From Entomortierella parvispora E1425 (taxonomy: Eukaryota; Fungi; Mortierellomycota): a DNA stretch of 64,000 bases. The notes below the pieces were generated by a model, which worked only from the letters and a program-made list of their open reading frames with translations, had not been told where the DNA came from and did no database searches. Shown one piece after another: positions 1-9,977 of the stretch (positions are counted from its first letter, which is position 1; every line of letters begins with the position of its first letter). Where the stretch lies: assembly GCA_020891255.1 (NCBI GenBank), contig BQFW01000014.1, forward strand, positions 1,116,001 to 1,180,000. Reading direction: 5' to 3'. Position numbers and translations under genes: made by a program.

Positions 1-194
1 CCTCCTTTTTTTTTAGTCCTCATCACTCTTTTAGTGTTAAGGGCACCAAGGCAGCAGATGGAGCCACCAAGGAATGGGAGTCACCAAAGAGAGGATCCCG
101 GATATAAAAGCGCGTCGTCTATTCAATTCTCTTGCCTACAACACAACTCATCACTCAATCATCCCTCAATCCACCTATCCAATTCCAATTCACC

Positions 195-1040
195 ATGTCC
201 ATTCACAAGGGCCGTAATGCCTCAAGCCTCCTCAAGACCTGTGTCTTGTTCATTGTCGTCCTGACCGTACTTCACCTCGCAGTCTCGACCTTTACCGTTG
301 ATGCCTCCCCAATCGCGCTCGTCAATCGACCAAGCAACCGCAAGAGAACCGAGGGTCCCGTTGATGATCAAGGCGCAACGGCTGGTGCGACAAACATTAA
401 TGCAGCAGCGAGATATGCTGGAACAGCGGTCAACCAAGCTGCTCAAGGTGTGGGTGATGCTGCTCAGGGAGTATCTGAAGGCGCTAGTACCGTAGCAAAC
501 GCTCCTCCAAAGGTCTTGGGAGGCACTACTCAGGGTGACCAAGGCACATCAACTGGCGCTGGAGACGTTAGTGCCGCAGCGGGAGCTGCCGGAGAAGCGC
601 CCAAGCAGGGTACGCAAACTGCTGGCGATGCTGCAAATGGAGCACTCGATGATTCCCGGAGCACAGTTCAGCCTACCAAGAGAGTCTTGGGAGATGCCGA
701 AGCTCCCAGTGCTGAGGGCGGTGTTGCAAAAGGAGCTGCTGACGGCGCTGTCGGTACCATGGAAAAAGCTGCTTCCAAGGGAAAGTTGGGAGACGCTACT
801 CAGGGTACTGACCAAGGCGCTGCGACTGGCGCTGAAGGCAATAAGGGAGCGGTGACCAATGTTGGAGAAGCAGCCGATCAAGTCGCCAATGGGGTGGCCG
901 ATACTGCAAAAGGAACTCTGGTCGGCGCTGGTGCGACTGTGGCTGAGGCTCCTGGGACCGCCGGCCAGACCGTCCACAGCGTCGAAGGAGAGGGAGGGCT
1001 TGCAGGAAAAGCTACAGATGTTATCATTGGGCACCCGTAG
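195..1040 (+). CDS. Secreted low-complexity Gly/Ala/Thr/Asp-rich repeat protein (281 aa), function unknown
   Basis: Single ORF; likely start is ATG 195 (MSIHKGR...). Hydrophobic signal/TM stretch CVLFIVVLTVLHLAV, then repeats such as LGGTTQGDQGTSTGA / LGDATQGTDQGAATGA. Confidence 0.65.
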   Translation: MSIHKGRNASSLLKTCVLFIVVLTVLHLAVSTFTVDASPIALVNRPSNRKRTEGPVDDQGATAGATNINAAARYAGTAVNQAAQGVGDAAQGVSEGASTVANAPPKVLGGTTQGDQGTSTGAGDVSAAAGAAGEAPKQGTQTAGDAANGALDDSRSTVQPTKRVLGDAEAPSAEGGVAKGAADGAVGTMEKAASKGKLGDATQGTDQGAATGAEGNKGAVTNVGEAADQVANGVADTAKGTLVGAGATVAEAPGTAGQTVHSVEGEGGLAGKATDVIIGHP

Positions 1041-1484
1041 TAACTAAACCTCCAGACCATTGTTCAGTGGTAGCCATTAGCAGAAATTGCGAAAGGTCAA
1101 AACTCATCCACCTTGCGATTCACAGCCCTTTTGTTTGACTCTGTTTCATCGGCATTCTCCGCCATAGATGCACATCTCATCTATTCAGCCTATTTAGCCA
1201 ACGCAACAACTTTTATACATAAATACAAATGAACGTGTTTGTTCTGTCTACAGGGAAGACACGCGCGCTGACCACAGTTTATCACTCTGAAAGGAACTTT
1301 TAGATATTTACAAGTGATGAGCTTCACCATCAGAAAAATCGGCGAGACTGGAGGGAAAAAAAGATATTTCCATTTAGACAACTGCTTGGAAGGGTTCTAC
1401 CCATGCTATCTATTAAAAAATAGTGTCTAGCCTACATTATTAACCCTTTTGTCCAAGCCATGAAGCAATTGGTATTGGAGGCCA

Positions 1485-3206
1485 TTAAATGAGGATCTCG
1501 TCTTCATCTTCGTCATCTTCGTCATCATCCGACATATCAGATCTGTCCGACTCAACTTCTTCCGCATCGTCCGACTCTTCCTCCCCAAAGATCATCAAAA
1601 GTGGGTCGTTCTCGAGCATGGGCAGCAAGAACTGTGCGTCCTTCCAAAAGTCCGTTTCCAAATCTGGAATCTTTCCTCCACATTCCGACTCATTCAAATG
1701 TTTGACCAATCCCTCCTCACCTTCCTGGGGCTTTAGGCACGAGAAGCAAACACCCAGAAGAGTCTGTCGACGGATATAGTTGACCAAAGAGATGGTTTGG
1801 TAAAAGTTTAGCCCCATACGATGACGTTCCCCATCAAGATCGAATCCATGCGCCTCCTTCATATGGTCTCGAGTTGCCTGGGCTGAGGGGAAATAAGAAG
1901 CCTCAAACAAACACTTTGTCTTTTCTTCTTCCAGAGCATCGTCCCAATCGGCCCAAGAGTCATCCCGACGATCATCATCCGAGTCGTAACGATCGTGCTC
2001 AAAATTCTCCCAGTTCTTGCCCGGCTCCAAATAATTGATCACGTAGAACTGATCATAGAGGCGGTTCCTGGCACTGATCTTGAAGTGCTTCTTTTTGCGC
2101 ATGTGCTTTCGGAGGACCGCAGGGGATGTAAAGGTCTTTTCGCAGTACAAGCATCGAAGCCTAAAACATATAAAAGAAAAGGGAGGGTAGAAGTGAGTTT
2201 GAGGAGCTCTTTGAATTTGATAATAATATCCAGACTGTTCCTTTCCTTACCCTGTCAGCTTGGCCTCCAACATGTCCAGAAACTCGTTCACGTTCACCAA
2301 GTTGTCGGGAAGTCCAATATTGAAGTTGTGCTCAGCAAACATGTGCTTGAAAAGAATGGTTCTAGTGCGTTGTAGAAAAGAGGTGAGTACATGGCCGGTT
2401 TTTATGGTTGTCCCGTAAACTTATTAACCATGCTGTCCTCTGTTCCCTTTCTTAAAGTCCTACCTATTCTCGCAGACGTTCTTGCAGAAGAGACATTTGC
2501 GCTTCAACTTTGCATCCTCATTTCTCTCCTTTTCCTGTAGCTTCAGAATCTCGTTCAGCTTCTCCCGTTGGATCTCATCCCTCAGGGTGCGATCTGCGAC
2601 CGATACTGAAGGGTCGATCGTATAGAAATCCTCGCCTTCTTCCTTGATAGCTACGTTCTCAATTCCCTTGGCCTCAATCTCCTCTGCCCAGTGGTTGAGG
2701 TAACGCTCCAATAAGATAAACATGTGGTGAATGTTCTTGAAGCTGATCTTGTGCGCCTCCTTCATATGAGCGACCAATGAAGTCGAGTCGGTCAAGGGAT
2801 CCGTGAGGTTGCAAGAGTGGAAAGGACAGTGGATCATGATCACGGCATGGTAGGGAGGTCTTCCTGAGGATGAAGGAAAGTCGGATTGAGACGAATCAGA
2901 GTCGCTGGAGAAGGAGCTGGAGCGTGAGCGCGATCCCTTGGTCTCCTTTGACTTTTCAGCACTAGAGGCAGCAGCATCCTTTTTCGTGTACTTTTTGTTG
3001 CCGCTGCTGGGATTGTAGTGTTGGTGTGGGTTCGCCTGGGCGGCTTTTGAAGCTCCAGAAGTCTGGGGACGCGACTCGCCGGCCTTGGGGGTGGAGGCAG
3101 CAGGTGCAGAGGCGACCGAGGCAAAGGAGACCGGCTTTGGAGCCTGGGGCTTATGGCTGGTCGAGTTCTTGGAGGTGACGGTGGTCCATTCGCCTTCGTT
3201 GCTCAT
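1485..3206 (-). CDS. ZNF277: C2H2 zinc finger protein ZNF277 homolog (3 exons: ~3206-2464, ~2361-2252, ~2161-1485)
   Basis: Motifs CLFC..., HMFAEHNFNIGLPDNLVNV and CLYCEKTF...LRKHMRKKKHFKI...YDQFYVINYLEPGKNW match the ZNF277 family. GT-AG splice sites keep the frame. Confidence 0.85.
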
Positions 3207-3415
3207 GATGGGCGGCAGTGGTGTTGATGAGGTTCCTTTTGAGTCGTGAGACTTGAAGGAGGAAAAAAAAAAGAGTCAAAAAGAGCAGCGCAGATGACTG
3301 GGTGGCTTGGCGCACGTGTGACTGTGGAATGGAAAGGGAGGATGGATGAATGGTGGCAACGGGCGACCAGGTCTTTTATCGGTTGCTCAGCACTTTATCA
3401 AACACACATTCCACC
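3207..3415. promoter_or_regulatory. Short divergent (bidirectional) promoter between ZNF277 and KIN28, with a CACGTG E-box at 3313-3318
   Basis: Head-to-head starts 209 bp apart; the CACGTG is read directly, and its function is inferred. Confidence 0.45.
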
Positions 3416-5243
3416 ATGAGTCTCGTCAGGAGTCATGCAGAGCAGCAGAATGCCACCGTCTACAAGGACTACAAGAAGGACAGGAAGGTCGGAGAGGGTG
3501 CTTATGCCGTCGTCTACCTCGGTAAGGCCGCGTCTCATGCTGTCCTGTCTCGGTCTGAAGAAACTGGACGTGGATGAAATGCACCCATGAATGCATGTGC
3601 ATGACATGCATCTAATGTCGCATGTACTCACTCTGTCTTTGCGCCAACAGGAACACAACTATCGACCAAGAGAGTCGTCGCTATTAAGAAGATCAAGATT
3701 GGTCAGTTCAAGGATGGGTTGGATATGAGTGCTATTCGCGAAGTAAAGACTCTCCAGGAACTGCGACATCCCAACGTGATCGAGGTAGATCTCTCTTTGT
3801 CTTTGTCATGGTCAGATAAGGAAGGAGTCCCAAACCAGCCACTAATCTTCGATGTTATGGATACCTAGCTCATGGAGGTGTACTTTCATAAGACGAACCT
3901 CAACCTCGTCCTAGAGTACCTGGAGTCGGACCTGGAGATGATTATCAAGGATAGGAGCATTGTCTTCATGCCTGGAGACGTAAAACACTGGATGCTGATG
4001 ACACTGAGAGGACTGGACCATTGCCACAGGAATTGGATTTTGCATAGAGTATGTTCATTTGCTCGATAGCCAACCTCTGTCTTTTTTGTTGTGAGTCTCT
4101 CTGATCTCTAATCGGTCTCATGTTTACACCCTGAAAAGGATATGAAGCCAAACAATTTGTTGCTTGGACGAGACGGACAGCTGAAGATTGCCGATTTCGG
4201 TTTGGCAAGGGACTTTGGAGATCGTGGCCGACAGCTCACAGCACAGGTTGTAACAAGGTATTATTGCCTCGTAGATCATCGATATTCGTTAGTGCGTAAG
4301 ATATGTAAATAGGTGTTGACGGCCCATTAATTCTTGTTTTTAGGTGGTATCGTGCACCTGAGTTATTGTTTGGCGCAAGAGAGTACGGATACGGAGTTGA
4401 CATCTGGGCGGTTGGGTGTATCTTTGCAGAGCTACTTTTGAGGAACCCATACCTGCCTGGCAATTCAGACATGGATCAATTGGACACCATGTTCCGCGCT
4501 CTTGGAACACCAACAGAATCCGAGTGGCCTGTATGTCCTATACTTCGTGCGACTAATGAAAACTTAGGCAGACAACATTATGGAAACTTACCATATGCTA
4601 TTGTCTTGTTTTCTTGGAATATCATGTAGGGAATGTCATCGCTACCCAACTACATGCAAATCAAACACTATCCACGGACACCTTTGCGATTGTTGTTCAC
4701 AGCTGCAGGAGCAGAGACGCTCGAGCTATTGGAGAGTATGCTTATTTACGACCCTAACAGGAGGATATCAGCTCGAGAGGTAATACCCATATATTTTCAA
4801 TCACAATGCTCGCTGTCAATACCACGAGATCACATGTGCTGATACTTTTCTTTATGGTTTTATAAGGCTCTTCTTCATCCATATTTTTTCGGCAAACCCA
4901 GACCAACACCGCTAGAGAACTTGCCCAAGCATGTCCGCGAAACACCCGAGGCGGCAAAACTTAAGCGCAAGGCGCATGTTCTGGGTGCGTGAATGTTGAA
5001 TTATTCTACCCTCTTTTACTATGTTCGACAAAGGAAATGACCTTATGGATACCCAGAGCTTCAAAGGAGAGGATCCGATCATTTCAAAACTGGACATTAA
5101 CTCAATTGTGTTGAAATACCTCTTTCTCCCTCGTACTCTATCTCTCTTTCTCTCGACAAACTACACATGTAACTGCAACAGGTGCACTGGATCGGATGTC
5201 AGACGACACCAAGCGCACTGCGCGTGTACTTGATTTTAAATAG
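3416..5243 (+). CDS. KIN28: TFIIH/CAK cyclin-dependent kinase (CDK7/Kin28), multi-exon
   Basis: [21 protein letters not shown] (Kin28-type cyclin helix), HRDMKPNN, DFGLAR...[18 protein letters not shown]. Last exon reads ...TARVLDFK* ending at 5243. Confidence 0.92.
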
Positions 5244-5434
5244 TGAGCAAGAACAGCGCTTTCATAGCCCCATGGCTGGAAACCTCAAACAGAAAATATT
5301 AAAAAAAAAAACGAAAATTCCGAAAAAGTGGCTGTGTTTTCAGGCCAAAAAAAAAGGATTGCGCGAAATCTCTCTTGCTCCATCTCTCACTCATTCTCTC
5401 TCAATCTCTCCCATTCTCTCCCACACACTCTGCA

Positions 5435-6105
5435 ATGATTCTTCTGAAGAATTCACAATTGGCGGTGAAGGTGTCCAATCGCAAAGTGATTCAACAAGTT
5501 CAACTGCTCCTCTCGGCTGCTGGATACCGTGACTGGGACATTGGAGTCTGTCTTACAGGAAATACCAAAGTCAAGCAGCTCAACTCTCAATATCGGGGAA
5601 AGGACAAGGCGACCGACATTCTTTCCTTTCCTTTTGCAGAGGTAGTCTCCTTAAAGGACGTGAGAGGATTGCTTTGGACTCCAATACCTGTCCGGTTGAC
5701 TGATGGTTTTTCTTTTGTTTTCAGGCAATTAAACCCGGTAAACTCCCAGTACCTCGATCGGAAGATGACAAAAATTTGGGCGACATCTTTATCTCTATGA
5801 AGTATGTCAACAACTGGTGTGAGGCAAATAAGGTGGACATCCATGAGCGGTTACCAGTGCTCTATGCACATGGTATATGTCATCTATTGGGATACGATCA
5901 TAACGAGGATCATGACTACGCGGTCGTAAGTGCCACATTTTTATTCAGATCAAACCATTTGTGGAACGAATGCACATCCGATTTACAGAGTCATGACTTC
6001 TTTTTGACATAGATGAAGAGAAAGGAAAACCGCATCCTCAAGAAGATGAGGGATTGGGAGTCATTGCTAGAGGACAAGACAAAGGATAGTTCCAAAACAC
6101 CATGA
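5435..6105 (+). CDS. YBEY: Endoribonuclease YbeY (3 exons)
   Basis: LNSQYRGKDKATDILSFPF, LGDIFIS and the Zn motif HGICHLLGYDH (H3xH5xH). Last exon MKRKENRILKK...TP*. Confidence 0.9.
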
Positions 6106-6221
6106 TACCAAAAGACAACATTAAAAAATGTACCTACATTCAAAGAAATCAAAACGTTTTTATTTGTCAAGATTCCAAAGGAGGGGGAGGGAGAGGAGGT
6201 GGGGGGAAATCATTTTTCCTT

Positions 6222-7868
6222 TTAGTAAAGGGTACGGGCATTGGCTTCCTCGGCGGCCAAATTCTCGGCCTTGAGGATTTCAATCTCGCTCAGCATACGC
6301 TGGCGTTCCTCCTCCTCGCGTTCGTACATGGCCACGTCCTCCATCTTGGCCTGGCGATTGCCCATCCAGCACGCCATCAGGGGCACAAACGCAAAGAGAA
6401 TACAGGCTGTCGTGATGCAGTTCCATTTGAATCCATGCTCCTTGTAGATATAGCCGGCCATGATCGGTCCGATCACCATGCCAAAACTGAATGCAATGTT
6501 GAAGATGGCGAACGCGCGTGCGTACGCGGCCTTGTCACCCGTGCGTCGGACCACTGCCGAGATTTCTCCCAAAATGGGGGCAATGAAGGAGCTGGTGCTG
6601 AGACCGATACCGATCAGGACCACGATGATCGCCCACAGAGGCTTGTTCTCGATACTGAGCAGGAGCATGAAGCAGCCACAGGCTGTCACCGCACAGGAAC
6701 AGAGAACCTTTGCACCATAGCGATCCGAGACCCACCCGGCCAGGGGCGAGATGATAGTGGGCATCGTGAAGGCAATAAAGACGAGACCGACCTGACCCTC
6801 CGTCATGCTGAAGCGGTCCTTGAGATAATAGGGCAATGTTGGCTCCAGAGTCGAGAGATCAAAGGCCTCCAAGGTCGTCACGGCTACGGCGGCAATCATT
6901 CGCTTGGCGGTGATCAATTGCCAGATCGACGTCTTGATTTCTTCTGTGTAAGGGTTGCCTGCAGCAATGGCACGTTCCCGGAGCTCGACCTCGTAGCGGC
7001 GGATCTCCAGGACCTCTTCCGCACGCTCCTCGATCAGAAGCAGGAAGCAAATCATGACAATACAGGCAAAGACAATGCTAAAGTAGAAGGGTGCACGGCT
7101 GCCAAACGCATCGTGCAAGAGACCGCCGATGGGAGGACCGCCAAGAAGACCCATGGTGTGACCGATCAAGGCCTTGCCCATCTGGACACCCATTTCGTTG
7201 GCATTGAAGGAGTCAGTCATCAGGGCAAGACCAAGGGTCCAGATAGCACCTCCGGAAACACCTTGGAAGAAACGGGCAAAAATCAGAAGCCAGTACACAC
7301 GGGCAAAGATGAAAATGACTGTGGCAGCCAAGAGGCCCGCGAGACCGATCATCATGGGAAAACGACGAGATGCCATCTTGTCCGAGAGGATACCAAAGAT
7401 GGGCGAAGCAGACATGATGCCGGCGGCGTAGACAGCGACGAGGATGCCGGTGTCGGTGGAGTCGCCGCCCATCTCTTGAATGATACCGGGGGCGATGGGG
7501 ATGACGATACCGTAGGCAGACATGTCTGTGAACAGGGCCAAGAGAATCGTCATTGTGATGAAATGCTTGGACGTGCGGATTCCATGAAGGAAGGGTTTCT
7601 TCTTCTTCAGAGCGAGGGCACAGCTATCACCATTGGAGGATGCCTTGCGAAGGGTTGTAGGGTATTGCTTCAGAGGGTCGCCTTTCTCGAGGGCAGAAGA
7701 ATCTTCCAAGGAGGGCTCCTTGGACTCTTGGGTAGTCTTCTGAAGTGGGGTGTTCAATCCATTTGCGGTGGCGGCGGAGGCGGTGGAGATTAAAGTGGCA
7801 CGATCTGCGTCGCAACGGCGAGTTGCGGAAAGATTTACGGTGGTGTCATTGAAGGCAACTGGATGCAT
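6222..7868 (-). CDS. MFS transporter, SLC18/vesicular amine transporter-like (548 aa, intronless)
   Basis: About 12 hydrophobic segments; MFS motif A in both halves (GILSDKMASRR, GWVSDRYGAK); DMSAYGIVIPI in TM1. Confidence 0.85.
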   Translation of the reverse strand: MHPVAFNDTTVNLSATRRCDADRATLISTASAATANGLNTPLQKTTQESKEPSLEDSSALEKGDPLKQYPTTLRKASSNGDSCALALKKKKPFLHGIRTSKHFITMTILLALFTDMSAYGIVIPIAPGIIQEMGGDSTDTGILVAVYAAGIMSASPIFGILSDKMASRRFPMMIGLAGLLAATVIFIFARVYWLLIFARFFQGVSGGAIWTLGLALMTDSFNANEMGVQMGKALIGHTMGLLGGPPIGGLLHDAFGSRAPFYFSIVFACIVMICFLLLIEERAEEVLEIRRYEVELRERAIAAGNPYTEEIKTSIWQLITAKRMIAAVAVTTLEAFDLSTLEPTLPYYLKDRFSMTEGQVGLVFIAFTMPTIISPLAGWVSDRYGAKVLCSCAVTACGCFMLLLSIENKPLWAIIVVLIGIGLSTSSFIAPILGEISAVVRRTGDKAAYARAFAIFNIAFSFGMVIGPIMAGYIYKEHGFKWNCITTACILFAFVPLMACWMGNRQAKMEDVAMYEREEEERQRMLSEIEILKAENLAAEEANARTLY

Positions 7869-8785
7869 TTGCTTTCAACGTAGATGTGGATGTGAGTGTG
7901 GAGAATTAAGGATGGAGGATGAAAGGATTGTCCATTACTAACTTGTCAACAGAAAGGGCAAGAGAGAGCGTAAGACAATAGAAAGTGAGTGAGAATAAAG
8001 GGTTTAGAAAAACGAAGGAAGCAACTTCACTTTATAGATGTCTGGCAGAGGACCAAAAGCCGTACCAAATTGGGCAAGCAATCGGGGAACAGAAAATGTT
8101 GCTGAGAATGTTCCACGTCGGGAGAGCGGATAGCGCGGTCTCACCTCTCTCCCTCTTCTGTACTTTGCCACAGTGGGTGTCTCCCTCAGCTAGCCCTCGT
8201 GCTTCTCATTGAGCAATTGCTCTCCTTGCAGATGTTAGCCATGACGACCCCAGTGAGGAAAACAAGCACGGCTGCAGTCTTGATTTAATAAGAAATGATG
8301 TGTGGACGCCGTCAACCCAGGTGAATCCACGTCTCACTGCTTCGCAAATGTGTTGCGATGGAACTGCAGAGATAGGGTACAATCTGACGGCAGTTTAAGT
8401 GAGAATTGGATCATCAGTGTTTGCGCATGGCCTCCCGTGTACCTTTCTATCCGGTCATCATTGCTCGGTAACGATAGTCGTTCGGGTGTAGTGAAAGGAG
8501 CAAGGATGGTCCGTCCGTTCAGGACCATTGCATGCCATCCTGATATGGTTGGGATCACCAGAAAATAGTCGTTGGATGGTTTCTGTTCTCGGACTTCACT
8601 TACAAACGCACCAAGGCTGCTCAGGTGACGTTGCAGCAACAAGTTTTTTTTTTATTTTCAATTGGGACGGCTGGTCCGTGCCAACTGACTGAAAATTCTC
8701 CGCTTTTGGGGTTTTGGACGGTAGTCTTTGGTGGCAAGGACACGTTTGTGGGCTGTGCTGGAGGTATTTAGAACCTGTCGATTCT

Positions 8786-9272
8786 CTAGTCAGTGGCCAC
8801 CTTAGCCGCCTTGCCTGTCTTCTTGATCGCCGCCAGGATTTCGTCCTATAAATTGTAGGTCGTGGTAGGTCATGAAAACATATTAGAGATCTTGCCATCC
8901 ATGAGAACTGGTGGATTCATTTCTCATAGTCGGCAATATACCTGATTCAAAGTCGATGATTCAACAACGACACGCTGCTTTTCTAGAGAAACGTCGAACT
9001 TGTCGACACCTACCATTTTATGGTGAGGGGGAGGTTGATAAGAAAGAATGCCAATTGCATTTTTGCACCTTCAAGGCAACTAGCCGTATTCAATTTACCT
9101 TCTAGCTTGTTGAGAGCTTTGGTCACCGCACCAGAACAGCCACCGCAAGACATGGTAACATCATACTTGTATTCCTAGAGACATGGAAAGTACAGAGTTG
9201 TTGTCAATGGCAAGGAATTGGAGAATTGGACAGACAAATGTCATATTGCTTGTGGTTTGTTCTTACAGTCAT
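8786..9272 (-). CDS. ATX1: Copper chaperone Atx1 (69 aa; exons 9272-9267, 9174-9099, 9009-8942, 8845-8786). Absent from the ORF track.
   Basis: Manual splicing gives MTEYKYDVTMSCGGCSGAVTKALNKLEGVDKFDVSLEKQRVVVESSTLNQDEILAAIKKTGKAAKVATD*, with the MxCxxC and KKTGK motifs. All introns are GT-AG. Confidence 0.93.
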
Positions 9273-9433
9273 TGTTTGAGGAAATGAGTTTGTGTGAATT
9301 TGGGGGTGGGGGGTTGTAGTGAAGCTGCCGATGGTTAGGTAGAGAAGAGCGAGTGAGCGTGGAGGGATGGTGAAGTAGGAGAGAGAACAAGGATAAAGAG
9401 GGATCCTTTTGTACAGAGGGTGCTATGGTGCAC

Positions 9434-9449
9434 GCACCTAGTCCCAACA
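9434..9449 (+). repeat. Left terminal inverted repeat candidate
   Basis: gcacctagtcccaaca; extends to 18/20 if 9430-9449 is paired with 15579-15598. Confidence 0.7.
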
Positions 9450-9977
9450 TAAGCGACACCCATGGACTTCATAAAACGATTGATGCCCTTTTCGCTTCTG
9501 GCCGGGTCCGCAACGTCGCTATGGAGAGAGATGGCTATATTTAAGGGTATTCCCCATGTCATATGCACGTGACTTTGATGGATGCGCGTTTCCGCCTTTT
9601 CGTGTTCTCCGTCTCATTCGTGGTCATTCATTCCCTCCCATTCTTTTCATCGTCCCATTCGCCTCTGCCCCTACTCCACGCACATACACATACACTCGTC
9701 TCCTCCACTTCACTATATCTCAATCCTCCCGAGCACCTACCCGTAATCGCAGCTTCAGTGCGTGCACAGTGTGTATCTCTTTATTGCAAAAAGCAGCATC
9801 TTACCTTCTCCTCTACTTTGTCCATGTCATGTTTGGTAGAAGTTCGAGTTGAAGTTGACTCGGTTGATATTGTCGTCCAGGCTTTGCGCTCTTTCAGGTA
9901 GATTGACATGACTTTCTGGCTGTTGCAGAACAGTTGATCCAGGTTCTAATAGCATTGTAGTCTTTGTCCTTTGTAGC

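Noticed and set aside
6102-7793. 563-aa + strand ORF antisense to the MFS transporter
   Set aside because: Shadow frame of a GC3-biased gene. It has no recognisable motifs, while the minus-strand ORF has clear MFS signatures.
8200-8700. 102-aa minus-strand ORF (8334-8642) and a 7-bp hairpin (8506-8528) downstream of ATX1
   Set aside because: No recognisable motif; both are within chance expectation.
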